Numbered from the stretch's first letter, positions 1-10,260 are shown. The stretch: DNA of 64,000 nucleotides from Flavobacteriales bacterium (GCA_020435995.1 JAGQYO010000006.1:2105-66104), one strand, 5' to 3'. Notes: generated by a model from the sequence alone, not told the origin. A program made the numbers and translations.

Positions 1-524
1 ACTGGCGTGATTAAACTGTAAGAAAAACCTTCTGTTTTGAGTGGTTGAAGGTTGACATAACTGCCGTTATATTCCGCTTTAGGGTTGAAGTAAGTCATTC
101 CGAGGCCTGCAAATAGAAAAGCGCTGAAGTCCATTCTGCTTCTATAAGTGTGGCCTAAATCTTTTATTTGAAGTGGGTGAACTTCTAAACGCCCGCTCAA
201 TTCCATCAAGGAAGTTTTAAAGGAAAGGTTTCTCGAATATCTTGAAGGTTCTGAAGAAAGTTTGTCCGAACCTTTTACAATTCCGTAATTGAATTCACCT
301 CTAACGGCCACCATTGGCGTAACAAATCGCCTTACTGAAAGACCAACGTTTAGGCCTGCTTGGCGCAATTGAATATCACCAGGGTCAGGCTTGGAAGCGC
401 CTACACCAGCTATATCTCCCGCATACACAGACATACCTAAGCGGCCACCGAAATCGGTATCATATTGTGCCTGAACTGTGGTAAGCGCGGCAATGGAAAC
501 AAGTATTGATAGTATTTTTTTCAC
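1..524 (-). CDS. Outer-membrane beta-barrel protein (DUF6089-like), partial; the C-terminal part lies beyond the window start
   Basis: Absent from the ORF track because it runs off the window. My translation of the minus strand from GTG (524-522) stays open to base 1: MKKILSILVSIAALTTVQAQYDTDFGGRLGMSVYAGDIAG...GEFNYGIVKG...FLFAGLGMTYFNPKAEY. It has a signal peptide and an alternating Gly/aromatic beta-strand pattern. The family name is from memory and unverified. Confidence 0.6.
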   Translation of the reverse strand, partial: MKKILSILVSIAALTTVQAQYDTDFGGRLGMSVYAGDIAGVGASKPDPGDIQLRQAGLNVGLSVRRFVTPMVAVRGEFNYGIVKGSDKLSSEPSRYSRNLSFKTSLMELSGRLEVHPLQIKDLGHTYRSRMDFSAFLFAGLGMTYFNPKAEYNGSYVNLQPLKTEGFSYSLITP

Positions 525-550
525 GATTCTGCTTAAGAGCTAGATTGCGC

Positions 551-558
551 CAAAAGTA
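551..558 (-). promoter_or_regulatory. Candidate Bacteroidota -7 promoter box (TACTTTTG)
   Basis: The reverse complement reads TACTTTTG, an exact match to the TAnnTTTG consensus. It lies 26 nt upstream of the GTG start at 524. Confidence 0.4.
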
Positions 559-699
559 AATATTATTATTGAGTTCATTTCAAAAAGTACAATTCTTTTT
601 GTAAGTGGTTTTTAGAAGAGTTTACCAAAGCCTCACCTTGGTTTATATACTAGGCGCAATTATTAGCTAATTTCGCGTTTTAGTGATGTTCGAAGAGCA

Positions 700-2793
700 A
701 TGAAATTTAAAATTTTATTTTTTTCCATTTTCTGTCTTTGTTTTGGTGAAATATTCGGCCAAATGTTAGCACCTAGTTTGCGCTGTATTAGCATTGAGGC
801 CAACGGAGATATCACATTGGATTGGGTACCAGCAACCGACCCAGGTGGGCAGTTCAAAAAGTATGTTATTTATGGTTCGATAAACGGTTCTCCTTTTTTA
901 GCTTCTGATAGTTTGATCAACCGGCTTCAAAATACCTATACTGCGGTGGGAGCTAATTGGGGCAATCCTTTCAAAAACTACAAATTTTATATCACCACCA
1001 AATACGATGACGGTGGTGGGGTAAAACAATCGGCGCCTTCTACAACCCTTTCGGCAATTGAAGCCAACCTAACAGTCAACGTGAATGTAAGTGGTACGCT
1101 TATTTGGAACAACATAGCGACTCCCCAATTGCCCACATCTAATGCCAAATATGGTGTAAATAGAAGGTTTATCGGAACACCTCCCAGCTGGACCAACAAC
1201 GTTGGAGAACCCGATTTGGGGAATGAAACTTTTAAGGACAACATTGCCAGATGTAATGATTCCGTTTTTTACCAAGTGACGCTGGGCGATCAATCGGGAT
1301 GTGTTTCCAAATCGAATGTGGCACGTGCGAGGTTAAAAAGTGGCGCTGGGCCTGTGCCGTTACCTCTGAGTAGGGTAAATGTTAAAAGAGGGAAGGGATT
1401 TACTGAGCTGTTTTGGGACCCGCATAAGAACGGTGCCGTTATCGGATACATTATAATATATGATGATGCTTCAGGAAGTTCTAAGTTTTTGGATACGGTT
1501 TCAGTTTCTACCACTTATTACCGCGATCTGGATCCGGCACATTCGGCCCACCAAGCACCCCAATGCTACCGAATAGCACCTATTGATTCGTGCTACAATA
1601 CCCAAGGTGGTGGTGAAATTATTCATTGCACCATGTATTTAAACAAATCATTTGATCCATGTTTGGGAGAGGTTTACCTCAACTGGACGCCTTACCGAGG
1701 ATGGGGTGGTGTAAAAACCTACAACATATATATGGCCTTGAACAACGACACCAATTACAGCCGAATTGGAAGTGTAGACGGCGCAGATACTTCCTTTGTG
1801 GTAAAGAATGTCAATTCACTAAATGTTTACAAATTTTATATCGAAGCCATAGATCCCTCTGGTGGGTTAACGAGCGAATCCAACGATTTGGGAACCAAAT
1901 TCGAAATACCTAACAAAACTGATCGCTTATTGTTGCGCTCGGCGAGCATTCAAACCACAGAAACGGTTAAGTTAAATTTCTTGGTTGACCGAAAATCACC
2001 TATTCGAAGAATCGATTATTTTAGGGGCGCAGATGAAGAGGGACCGTTCAAAAGAATTGACTCTGTTACCGTAAGTGGTCAAGATTCTATTTTTAGTGTG
2101 GTGGATTCCATAGCCAGTTCCGATCAAATTAACTATGTATATTACATGGTGGTTATCGACGAGTGCGACCAGCCCGTTATTGTAAGCAATAAAGTGAAAA
2201 CATTGATACTTACTGGTGAATCGAGCAAGTACGATTTGGAAAATAAATTATCGTGGACAAGAAACATAGCGAGGGATACGCTTGCAAAAGACGACGAACT
2301 TTATGCGCTTTATCGGTATGTTAACGGTGACATGGACAGCACTTATATCAGGCTGGTCAACCACAAGGCTCATTCGTGGGTAGACGACATCAGCGATGAT
2401 ATTCAATCGGGTTCTGAGTTTTGTTATTTTGTTCGTTTAATTCAGCCCATAAGTCCGATTTATCCCAGACTGGATACCAGCATTTCAAACTTGGTGTGTT
2501 TTCGATTTGAACCCGATGTGTTTATTGCCAATTCGTTTACACCCAACAACGATGGCAACAACGAACACTGGAGACCCAAAGTGAGCTCTGTGGTTCCAAC
2601 GGAGAACTATTCCCTAGAAATTTATAACCGCTGGGGACAAAAAGTGTTCGAAACTGTTGATCCACAGGAAGGATGGGATGGCAAAAACAACGGTTATCCA
2701 TCTCACAATGGGCAGTATTTGTACAAACTAAAAGTCGTATCCATCAATGGTGGAGAGATTAACGAAAACGGATATTTTCAGTTGATTCGTTAG
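700..2793 (+). CDS. Secreted cell-surface protein with FN3-like modules and a gliding-motility/CHU_C (T9SS type B) C-terminal sorting domain
   Basis: 697-aa ORF with a signal peptide (MKFKILFFSIFCLCFGEIFGQ). It has repeated L-x-W-x-P beta-sandwich modules. The C-terminal roughly 90 aa, FIANSFTPNNDGNNEHW...YNRWGQKVFE...GWDGK...YLYKL, is the typical type B CTD. Confidence 0.8.
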   Translation: MKFKILFFSIFCLCFGEIFGQMLAPSLRCISIEANGDITLDWVPATDPGGQFKKYVIYGSINGSPFLASDSLINRLQNTYTAVGANWGNPFKNYKFYITTKYDDGGGVKQSAPSTTLSAIEANLTVNVNVSGTLIWNNIATPQLPTSNAKYGVNRRFIGTPPSWTNNVGEPDLGNETFKDNIARCNDSVFYQVTLGDQSGCVSKSNVARARLKSGAGPVPLPLSRVNVKRGKGFTELFWDPHKNGAVIGYIIIYDDASGSSKFLDTVSVSTTYYRDLDPAHSAHQAPQCYRIAPIDSCYNTQGGGEIIHCTMYLNKSFDPCLGEVYLNWTPYRGWGGVKTYNIYMALNNDTNYSRIGSVDGADTSFVVKNVNSLNVYKFYIEAIDPSGGLTSESNDLGTKFEIPNKTDRLLLRSASIQTTETVKLNFLVDRKSPIRRIDYFRGADEEGPFKRIDSVTVSGQDSIFSVVDSIASSDQINYVYYMVVIDECDQPVIVSNKVKTLILTGESSKYDLENKLSWTRNIARDTLAKDDELYALYRYVNGDMDSTYIRLVNHKAHSWVDDISDDIQSGSEFCYFVRLIQPISPIYPRLDTSISNLVCFRFEPDVFIANSFTPNNDGNNEHWRPKVSSVVPTENYSLEIYNRWGQKVFETVDPQEGWDGKNNGYPSHNGQYLYKLKVVSINGGEINENGYFQLIR

Positions 2794-2850
2794 TCGAAAA
2801 ACCGCTGCAAGCTTATTATACTTTAACACCGTTGAGCGATTGAGATTGGT

Positions 2851-2858
2851 TACTTTTG
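2851..2858 (+). promoter_or_regulatory. Candidate -7 promoter box (TACTTTTG) for guaB
   Basis: Exact TAnnTTTG match in the 105-nt intergenic region, 40 nt before the guaB ATG. The box upstream of 15705 has the same spacing. Confidence 0.45.
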
Positions 2859-2898
2859 GGCAATTTTTTAAGAAATTGAAAATCGTTCAAATTAGCAC

Positions 2899-4359
2899 AT
2901 GAAAACTCCAAGAATAATTTCTGAAGGCCTCACCTACGACGACGTTTTATTGGTACCAGGGTATTCTAATGTCATGCCCAGAGAAGTGAATATTTCCTCT
3001 CGTTTTTCTAGAAACATCGGTCTCAATATTCCCATTGTGTCTGCGGCCATGGATACCGTAACCGAAAGTGCACTGGCCATTGCCATTGCACAAGAAGGGG
3101 GATTGGGTGTTTTGCACAAGAACATGACCATAGCCCAGCAGGCGGCTCAAGTGAGAAAGGTAAAGCGCTTCGAAAGTGGAATGATTCAAGACCCCGTAAC
3201 CATTACTTCGGGTGCCACGGTTGGGGATGTTCTACAATTGATGGAAGAACATTCGATTGGAGGAATTCCAGTAGTTGACGATGAGAATAGGCTTGTTGGC
3301 ATCATTACCAACCGAGATTTAAGATTTGAAAAAGACCTGAGTAAGTTGGTGGGTCACGTAATGACCAAAACCAATATCGTTACAGCCAAAGCTGGGACAA
3401 CGTTAAGCGAGGCAGAAGATATATTACAAGAAAAGAAAATTGAAAAGCTTCCCGTTGTAGATAAAGACCAGAAGTTGATCGGACTGATCACCTACAAGGA
3501 CATCATAAAATTTAGAACAAAACCAAATTCTTGTAAGGATTCACACGGTCGCTTGAGGGTGGCTGCGGCAGTTGGCGTTACCAGCGACACACTTCAAAGA
3601 GCCGAGGCACTAATTAAAGCTGGGGTTGATGCTCTTATTATTGATACCGCACATGGTCATTCTCAGGCTGTAATCGACATGCTCAAGCAGGTGAAAAACA
3701 CCTATTCTTCGGTTGATATAGTGGTTGGGAACATTGCAACTGGTGCAGCGGCCAAAATGTTGTTGGACGCAGGAGCCGATGCGGTGAAAGTAGGAATAGG
3801 TCCAGGCTCGATTTGTACCACAAGAATTATTGCCGGAGTGGGCGTTCCACAGTTATCGGCGGTGATGAATGTTTACAATGCCATTGGAGATGAAGTACCC
3901 ATTATTGCAGACGGAGGTGTTCGATTTACAGGAGATATTGTTAAGGCACTGGCCGCTGGAGGTTCTTCTGTAATGGCGGGTTCTTTGTTCGCGGGAGTTG
4001 ATGAATCGCCAGGCGAAACGATTATTTACGAAGGAAGGAAATTTAAATCCTATCGTGGAATGGGTTCCTTGGAGGCTATGCAGAAGGGTTCCAAAGACCG
4101 ATATTTTCAAGATGCCGAAGAAGACATCAAAAAATTAGTACCCGAAGGTATTTCTGGCAGGGTTCCATTTAAGGGAAAGCTCAGTGAGATTATATTTCAA
4201 ATGATGGGTGGTATAAGAGCTGGAATGGGTTATTGTGGAGCACCCACTATTGACGCTTTGCGCGCCGCCGAAATGGTTAGAATCACTGCTGCGGGTGTGG
4301 CTGAAAGCCATCCTCACAATGTAACCATTACGCGAGAAGCTCCAAATTATTCAAGATAG
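2899..4359 (+). CDS. guaB: IMP dehydrogenase
   Basis: 486 aa. Catalytic Cys loop [11 protein letters not shown], a tandem CBS pair in the N-terminal third, [16 protein letters not shown] and a GSLFAG tail. This is the textbook IMPDH architecture. Confidence 0.97.
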   Translation: MKTPRIISEGLTYDDVLLVPGYSNVMPREVNISSRFSRNIGLNIPIVSAAMDTVTESALAIAIAQEGGLGVLHKNMTIAQQAAQVRKVKRFESGMIQDPVTITSGATVGDVLQLMEEHSIGGIPVVDDENRLVGIITNRDLRFEKDLSKLVGHVMTKTNIVTAKAGTTLSEAEDILQEKKIEKLPVVDKDQKLIGLITYKDIIKFRTKPNSCKDSHGRLRVAAAVGVTSDTLQRAEALIKAGVDALIIDTAHGHSQAVIDMLKQVKNTYSSVDIVVGNIATGAAAKMLLDAGADAVKVGIGPGSICTTRIIAGVGVPQLSAVMNVYNAIGDEVPIIADGGVRFTGDIVKALAAGGSSVMAGSLFAGVDESPGETIIYEGRKFKSYRGMGSLEAMQKGSKDRYFQDAEEDIKKLVPEGISGRVPFKGKLSEIIFQMMGGIRAGMGYCGAPTIDALRAAEMVRITAAGVAESHPHNVTITREAPNYSR

Positions 4360-4390
4360 TCATTTATCAATTTTAATTATTTCAAATACA

Positions 4391-6364
4391 ATGAAAAGAA
4401 AAATTCTTTTAATCCTAATTATTGCTTTTTCAATAAAATTTGACGCCCAAGCACAAGTTTTACTCAACGTGGCTGGGGAAGATATTTCCTTAAATGAATT
4501 TTTAGCCATTTACAATAAGAACAACAACAACGCACAAGCCATTGACCCGAAAACCAAAGAAGAGTACCTCGAATTATTTGTGAATTTTAAATTGAAAGTA
4601 AGAGAGGCTCGTGAACTGGGCATGGACACTGTAGAGTCATTTAAAAAAGAACTAGCAGGGTACAGAAGGCAATTGGCGGCACCATATCTTACGGATGAGA
4701 AGGTAACCGACGAGCTCATTGAGGAGGCATATAAAAGGATGCAGGAAGATGTGGATGCGTCACATATTTTGATTCGAATTCCTGCTGTGCCTACACCGGC
4801 AGACACCCTAAAGGCTTGGAAAAAGGTGAATTCGTTGAAATCAAAAATTAAAAATCCAGCTAAGGATTTCGAAAACTTAGCCAAGGAGAATTCTGAAGAC
4901 CCTACGGCAAGCGAAAACGGCGGTTCCTTGGGTTATTTTAGTGCTTTTCAAATGGTTTATCCGTTTGAAACAGCTGCTTACACAACACCCATTGGTCAAG
5001 TGTCGGATATTGTGAGAACTTCTTACGGCTATCATCTGGTTTATGTAAAAGACCGAAGACCAGCAAGGGGAGAAATTCATGTTGCCCATATAATGGTACA
5101 GCTTGAGCCTACAGATTCAGGCAAGGTATTGTTGGACAAGGAGCAAAAAGCCAATGAAATTTATGGCAAGTTACTCGCGGGAGAAGATTTTGCTGAATTG
5201 GCCAAACAATTTTCAGATGATAGGGGTTCAGCGGCCAATGGTGGCGATTTGCCATGGTTTGGTACAGGGCGAATGGTTGAAGAATTTGAAAACGCTGCAT
5301 TTGAACTTCAAAAAGATGGCGATTTTTCGAAGCCCATTAAAACCAGATATGGCTGGCACATCATCAAACGACTTGAGAAAAAAGGAATTCCACCATTTGA
5401 AGAAGTGAAGGGAGACTTAGAAAAGAAGGTTTCTAGGGATACAAGAGCCAGGATGAGTAAGGAAGCTTTTTTTAGCAGAATCAAAAGGGAATATGGTTTT
5501 GTTGAATACCCCAAGAATGTAAAAGCTATGGAAAAAACCCTTGATTCAAATTATTTTATTGGACAATGGAAGGCTAAAACTGCGGCTGACAAAATGCGTA
5601 AACCCGTATTTGTACTTGATGCCACATCAATTGGAGGAAGCAAAAAAGAATTTACCCAATTTGATTTTGCTGAGTTCATGCAAGCCAATGGAAGGTTTCA
5701 AAGAAGGCCACCACAGGATCATTCTATCATTGTATCGGCACTTTACGAAGAGTATGTAACCCAAGAATTAACCAAATTTGAAGATGGCCTGCTGGAAATG
5801 AAATATCCTGAGTTTAAGGCGTTAATGACCGAATACCACGATGGTATTTTGTTGTTCGACCTCATGGACAAAAAAGTGTGGAGCAAGGCGGTTAAGGACA
5901 CAACGGGCATTCAGGAGTTTTACGAAAGCACAAAGAATGAAAGGATGTGGCCTGAACGAGTAGAAGCCTTTATTTTTACTTGTGAAAATGAAAGTGTGGC
6001 CAATAGCACCAAAAAATACGTGAAGAAAAAAGCGAAAAAGAAGCAACTGAGTAAAGATGACGTGCTCAAAACCATCAACGTGGATTCACAATTGAGTTTG
6101 TCGATTGAAAAGGGAAAATTCGCTAAAGGTGCTAAGCCGATTTTGGACAAAAAACCTTGGGAAGTGGGGTTCACAGAGTTTGAATCAGAAGGTGCCAAAG
6201 TGAAATTTGCTTACATCCAACAATTACTTCCTGCGCAACCAAAAGAACTCAGTGAAGCCAGAGGTGCCGTTATATCTTCATATCAAGATTACTTGGAAAA
6301 ACAATGGCTAGAAGAGCTGAAGGCTAAATATGAGGTTAAAGTAAACCTTGATGTTCTAAAATAG
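4391..6364 (+). CDS. Periplasmic PpiC/parvulin-type peptidyl-prolyl isomerase (SurA/PpiD-like), two parvulin domains
   Basis: 657 aa with a signal peptide. Two parvulin cores: DASHILIRIP...GGSLGYFSAFQMVYPFETAAY...GYHLVYVKD and HVAHIMV...GGDLPWFGTGRMVEEFENAAF...GWHIIKR. Confidence 0.85.
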   Translation: MKRKILLILIIAFSIKFDAQAQVLLNVAGEDISLNEFLAIYNKNNNNAQAIDPKTKEEYLELFVNFKLKVREARELGMDTVESFKKELAGYRRQLAAPYLTDEKVTDELIEEAYKRMQEDVDASHILIRIPAVPTPADTLKAWKKVNSLKSKIKNPAKDFENLAKENSEDPTASENGGSLGYFSAFQMVYPFETAAYTTPIGQVSDIVRTSYGYHLVYVKDRRPARGEIHVAHIMVQLEPTDSGKVLLDKEQKANEIYGKLLAGEDFAELAKQFSDDRGSAANGGDLPWFGTGRMVEEFENAAFELQKDGDFSKPIKTRYGWHIIKRLEKKGIPPFEEVKGDLEKKVSRDTRARMSKEAFFSRIKREYGFVEYPKNVKAMEKTLDSNYFIGQWKAKTAADKMRKPVFVLDATSIGGSKKEFTQFDFAEFMQANGRFQRRPPQDHSIIVSALYEEYVTQELTKFEDGLLEMKYPEFKALMTEYHDGILLFDLMDKKVWSKAVKDTTGIQEFYESTKNERMWPERVEAFIFTCENESVANSTKKYVKKKAKKKQLSKDDVLKTINVDSQLSLSIEKGKFAKGAKPILDKKPWEVGFTEFESEGAKVKFAYIQQLLPAQPKELSEARGAVISSYQDYLEKQWLEELKAKYEVKVNLDVLK

Positions 6365-6366
6365 TC

Positions 6367-7230
6367 TTGATTAAAGCAGCACCCATATCCGTTCATTTGT
6401 TGGCCCTTGTGCTCATGTCGTCGTGTGGTTTTTTTTCGAATGACATTAAACAAGATGGAAAACTGCTCGCAAGGGTCGGAAATAAGTACTTGTATTCTAC
6501 CGATATTCAAGGTGCGATCCCTCTTGGAACCGACAGTTTGGACAGTTTAACCATGGTCAACAAACACGTGAACAATTGGGTCGAAAAGGAACTGATTCTT
6601 CAAAAGGCAGATTTAAATCTGAGCTCAGAGCAGAAGGATTTTACGAAGCAAATAGAAGATTATAAAAACAGTTTGATCACCTATGCCTACGAGCAAGAAT
6701 TGATTCGACAGAAACTGGATACCAATGTGAGCGACGAAGAGATTGATAGGTATTACAAAGCAAACCCCGACAATTTTCAGCTAAAACGGTATATAGTGAA
6801 GGTGAAAATGATTAAAGTAGATCGCGAAGCACCGAAAATTGGCAAGGTGAAGGATTGGGTGGCATCAGAAGATCCCGATGATTTTGCTCGTTTGGAGGAG
6901 TATTGCCTGCAGTTTTCTTCGCTATGCCTTTTGGAAGACAATTGGATGTTTTTTGACGAACTTACCCGCCTTGCACCCATTCGAACTATTGATGTGGAAC
7001 AGTACCTTAAAAACAACAAGTTTGTCGAAATAGAAGGGGAGCAATTCCTTTACTTCATGTATTTCTATGACTATCGCTTAAAGAATAGTTTGTCGCCCAT
7101 AGAGTTGGAATACAACCGAATAAAAAATGTGATCGTCAACAAACGAAAACTACTGCTTTTGAGCAACCTAAGACAAGACCTTCAAAAGGAGGCTATGAAC
7201 AACAACATGGTGGAATACTTTATTAAATGA
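6367..7230 (+). CDS. Hypothetical lipoprotein, SurA-N-like chaperone module (no parvulin domain seen)
   Basis: 287 aa with a TTG start 2 nt after the upstream stop. Lipobox-like LMSSC. The helical region GNKYLYSTDIQ...VNNWVEKELILQKA resembles SurA N-terminal chaperone domains. It lies between two PPIase genes. Confidence 0.5.
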   Translation: MIKAAPISVHLLALVLMSSCGFFSNDIKQDGKLLARVGNKYLYSTDIQGAIPLGTDSLDSLTMVNKHVNNWVEKELILQKADLNLSSEQKDFTKQIEDYKNSLITYAYEQELIRQKLDTNVSDEEIDRYYKANPDNFQLKRYIVKVKMIKVDREAPKIGKVKDWVASEDPDDFARLEEYCLQFSSLCLLEDNWMFFDELTRLAPIRTIDVEQYLKNNKFVEIEGEQFLYFMYFYDYRLKNSLSPIELEYNRIKNVIVNKRKLLLLSNLRQDLQKEAMNNNMVEYFIK

Positions 7231-8597
7231 AAAATGTAGTTTCCATATTGTTTTTTGCTTGTTTGGCCTTCCTCGCTTTTGGTCAAAAGGGCGACGATAA
7301 AATCATTGACGGCGTAGTGGCTGTTTTGGGCGACAACATGGTTCTTAAAAGTGAGATTGAAGAACAATACAACAGTTTTCTAACCTCTGGTAAACCTGTT
7401 AACAGCAACACACGTTGTGAGCTTTTTGAAGAAATGTTGTTCAACAAACTTCTATTGAATCAAGCCAAAGAAGACAGTTTGTATGTTGGAGAAGATCAAA
7501 TCAACTCGGAAATAGATCGACGGTTGCGGTATTTTATTCAACAGTTTGGCAGCCAGCAAAAACTGGAAGAGTTTTACGAAAAATCGCTGGATGAAATCAA
7601 GGCAGAATTCCATGACCCCATTGAAGAGCAGCTTATGATTCAACGAATGCAGGGTGAAGTCACAGGCAAAGTTGAGGTGTCACCGGGCGATGTGAAGGCT
7701 TTTTTCAATAAAATTCCCAAGGATAGTTTGCCTGAAATTAATGCGATGGTGGAGATTGCCCAAATTGTAAAAAAACCACCTATTGATGAGGCTGAAAAAA
7801 GCAAGGTACGCGAAAAACTTGTTTCTATTCGAGAGCGTGTAGTAGCTGGTGAAGATTTTGGAACCTTGGCTTATTTGTATTCTGAAGATCCTGGGTCGGC
7901 CAGAGAAAATGGCGAATTAGGTTATATGAGCCGTGGGGAATTGGTACCCGAGTTTTCGGCAATTGCCTTTACCCTAGAAAAAGATGAGGTATCCGGAATT
8001 GTGGAAACCGAATTTGGTTTTCATATTATTCAACTGCTCGACAGAAGAGGCCAGCAAGTAAACGTGCGTCACATACTTATGTCGCCTAAGGTTCAGCCAA
8101 AAGATTTGATTAAGGCCAAATTATTTTTGGATTCACTCAAAACGAATTTAAACAAGTACGATTCGCTCACCTTTGAGCATGCAGCTATGCTTTATAGTGA
8201 AGACAAGGACTCGAGAAACAACGGTGGTGTAATTGTAAACCCAATCACGGGTTCGGCGGAGTTTGAAATGGATCAAATTTCTCAAGTAGATCCTTCGCTT
8301 TACCTTATGTTGGATCGCTTAAAACTAAATGAAATAGCAGGACCAGAAATTGCTCAAATGAGGGATGGAACCCGCGCCTATCGTTTGGTTAAATTGATAA
8401 AAGTAACCGAAGCACATACAGCCAATTTAAAACAAGACTACCAGAGAATTCAAGCATTGGCATTGTCTACAAAACAAACCGATGTGGTTAACCAATGGAT
8501 TAAAGATAGAGTAGACAGTTTCTATATACGAGTAGATGAGAGCTATGCAACTTGTAAATTTAAATACAAGTGGCTGGCCACAAGCGAGGAAAATTGA
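7227..8597 (+). CDS. SurA-like peptidyl-prolyl isomerase (two parvulin-type domains)
   Basis: 456 aa with a signal peptide. Parvulin core VEIAQIV...NGELGYMSRGELVPEFSAIAF...FGFHIIQLLDRR, and a second one starting NVRHILM. ATGA overlap with the upstream gene. Confidence 0.85.
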   Translation: MKNVVSILFFACLAFLAFGQKGDDKIIDGVVAVLGDNMVLKSEIEEQYNSFLTSGKPVNSNTRCELFEEMLFNKLLLNQAKEDSLYVGEDQINSEIDRRLRYFIQQFGSQQKLEEFYEKSLDEIKAEFHDPIEEQLMIQRMQGEVTGKVEVSPGDVKAFFNKIPKDSLPEINAMVEIAQIVKKPPIDEAEKSKVREKLVSIRERVVAGEDFGTLAYLYSEDPGSARENGELGYMSRGELVPEFSAIAFTLEKDEVSGIVETEFGFHIIQLLDRRGQQVNVRHILMSPKVQPKDLIKAKLFLDSLKTNLNKYDSLTFEHAAMLYSEDKDSRNNGGVIVNPITGSAEFEMDQISQVDPSLYLMLDRLKLNEIAGPEIAQMRDGTRAYRLVKLIKVTEAHTANLKQDYQRIQALALSTKQTDVVNQWIKDRVDSFYIRVDESYATCKFKYKWLATSEEN

Positions 8598-8598
8598 T

Positions 8599-9555
8599 AT
8601 GGCGGAATCGGATGTAAAATTAGTAGAGCGATTTGGTGAGCAGTATAAGCAGCTTAACCAAGAAATTGGCAAGGTCATTATAGGGCAGGAGCAAGTCATT
8701 CAAATGGTGTTGATTTCCATTTTTAGCAAGGGCCATTGTTTGCTTGTGGGTGTGCCAGGGTTGGCAAAAACGCTGCTGGTTAATACCATTTCAGAGGCAT
8801 TGGGACTCAAATTCAACCGAATTCAGTTTACGCCAGATTTAATGCCTTCTGATATTATCGGAGCAGAAATTCTGGATGAAAATCGAAACTTTAAATTCAT
8901 CAAAGGCCCCATATTCGCCAATATAATTTTGGCTGATGAAATTAACCGAACTCCGCCTAAAACCCAAAGTGCCTTGTTGGAGGCGATGCAGGAAAAAACA
9001 GTGACAGCCTCTGGCCATCACCATAAATTAGAAGAACCATTTTTTGTACTTGCTACTCAAAACCCAATAGAGCAAGAGGGAACTTATCCCTTGCCAGAGG
9101 CACAACTAGACCGATTTATGTTCAACGTGTGGGTAGATTACCCTACGTTCGAGGAAGAACTTTCCGTAGTGAAAAACACCACGGGAAAAGTGGCTCAATC
9201 GGTATCTAATGTGGTTTCTAAGGAAGAAATATTAGCGTATCAAAATTTGGTTCGACAAATTCCGGTAACCGACACCGTGATGGAATACGCTGTTAAATTG
9301 GTGGGACGCACAAGGCCCGGAGCCCAAGCGCCCGAAATGGTGAACAAATATTTGTCGTGGGGAGCGGGCCCAAGGGCTTCGCAATACTTGGTGATTGGTG
9401 CAAAGTGCCACGCCTTGATTCACGGAAAATTTTCACCAGATATTGAAGATGTAAAGGCCATAGCCCTACCTATATTAAGGCACAGGATTGTGCGCAACTA
9501 CAAGGCGGAAGCCGAGGGCTACAACATTGAAAAAATCATAGAAGAACTACTATAA
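8599..9555 (+). CDS. MoxR-family AAA+ ATPase
   Basis: Walker A GVPGLAKT, Walker B ILADEINR, and sensor regions typical of the AAA_3/MoxR family. I place the start at ATG 8599 (MAESDVKLVERF...), 1 nt after the upstream stop at 8595-8597. The ORF-track start at 8536 would overlap the SurA-like gene by 62 nt. Confidence 0.9.
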   Translation: MAESDVKLVERFGEQYKQLNQEIGKVIIGQEQVIQMVLISIFSKGHCLLVGVPGLAKTLLVNTISEALGLKFNRIQFTPDLMPSDIIGAEILDENRNFKFIKGPIFANIILADEINRTPPKTQSALLEAMQEKTVTASGHHHKLEEPFFVLATQNPIEQEGTYPLPEAQLDRFMFNVWVDYPTFEEELSVVKNTTGKVAQSVSNVVSKEEILAYQNLVRQIPVTDTVMEYAVKLVGRTRPGAQAPEMVNKYLSWGAGPRASQYLVIGAKCHALIHGKFSPDIEDVKAIALPILRHRIVRNYKAEAEGYNIEKIIEELL

Positions 9556-9566
9556 AATTTAATGCG

Positions 9567-10253
9567 ATGTCTAAAAAGGTTTTAATTCTGTTGTCGGGTT
9601 CAGGTGTTTATGATGGTACAGAAATTCAGGAAGCCACTTTAACTTTATTAGCCCTCCACCAACGAGGTATTGAATACCAATGTGCGGCTCCAAATGAAAA
9701 TCAGTTTCACGTTATCAACCATACCAATGGTGAAGAAATAGAAACCCCAAGAAACATGATGGTGGAATCGGCTCGGATTGCACGTGGTGATATTAAGGAT
9801 GCCTCACTTGTTGCGATGGACGAATATGATGGTTTGGTGATTCCAGGTGGGTTTGGCGCTGCCAAAAATTTTTCGTCTTGGGCATTTGACGGACCAAAAG
9901 CGAAGATACAATCCGAAGTAAAAAGGCTGATTTTAGAAGCACATCAAAACAAAAAACCCATATTAGCAATGTGTATGGCGCCAGTTTTAGTTTCCTTGGC
10001 GTTTGCCGGCTCGGCTACGGAGCCCATTGTTACCGTTGGCACAGAAAAAGAGGCTACTCCCTATGAAATAGGAGCGATTTCGGAAGGGATGGAGAGCTTA
10101 GGTTCAAAAGTGAATCAGGTGGGTGTACACGCAGTTGTGGTGGATGAACCTAACAAAACCATCACCACACCTTGTTATATGATGGAGGCTAGTATCTCAG
10201 ATATTTTTGAGGGAATATCTAAGGCTACCGACGAATTAAAAAAATTCCTTTAA
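9567..10253 (+). CDS. ElbB-like DJ-1/PfpI-superfamily protein (isoprenoid biosynthesis glyoxalase ElbB type)
   Basis: 228 aa. The N-terminal LLSGSGVYDGTEIQEA closely resembles the E. coli ElbB signature. LVIPGGFGAAKN and a nucleophile-elbow-like ILAMCMAP are also present. Confidence 0.75.
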   Translation: MSKKVLILLSGSGVYDGTEIQEATLTLLALHQRGIEYQCAAPNENQFHVINHTNGEEIETPRNMMVESARIARGDIKDASLVAMDEYDGLVIPGGFGAAKNFSSWAFDGPKAKIQSEVKRLILEAHQNKKPILAMCMAPVLVSLAFAGSATEPIVTVGTEKEATPYEIGAISEGMESLGSKVNQVGVHAVVVDEPNKTITTPCYMMEASISDIFEGISKATDELKKFL

Positions 10254-10260
10254 GCCAACT

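Noticed and set aside
4510-4884. 124-aa antisense ORF inside the PPIase gene. Similar long antisense ORFs occur at 21111-21479, 21498-21890, 38334-38756, 61426-61809 and 62185-62574
   Set aside because: Each lies wholly inside a confidently identified gene on the other strand. They have low-complexity or Cys/Ser/Leu-rich composition, no recognisable motifs and no promoter box. They are typical shadow ORFs.
8536-8598. ORF-track N-terminal extension of the MoxR gene (MRAMQLVNLNTSGWPQARKID)
   Set aside because: It overlaps the end of the SurA-like gene in another frame. The ATG at 8599 lies 1 nt after that gene's stop and gives a MoxR-typical N-terminus.
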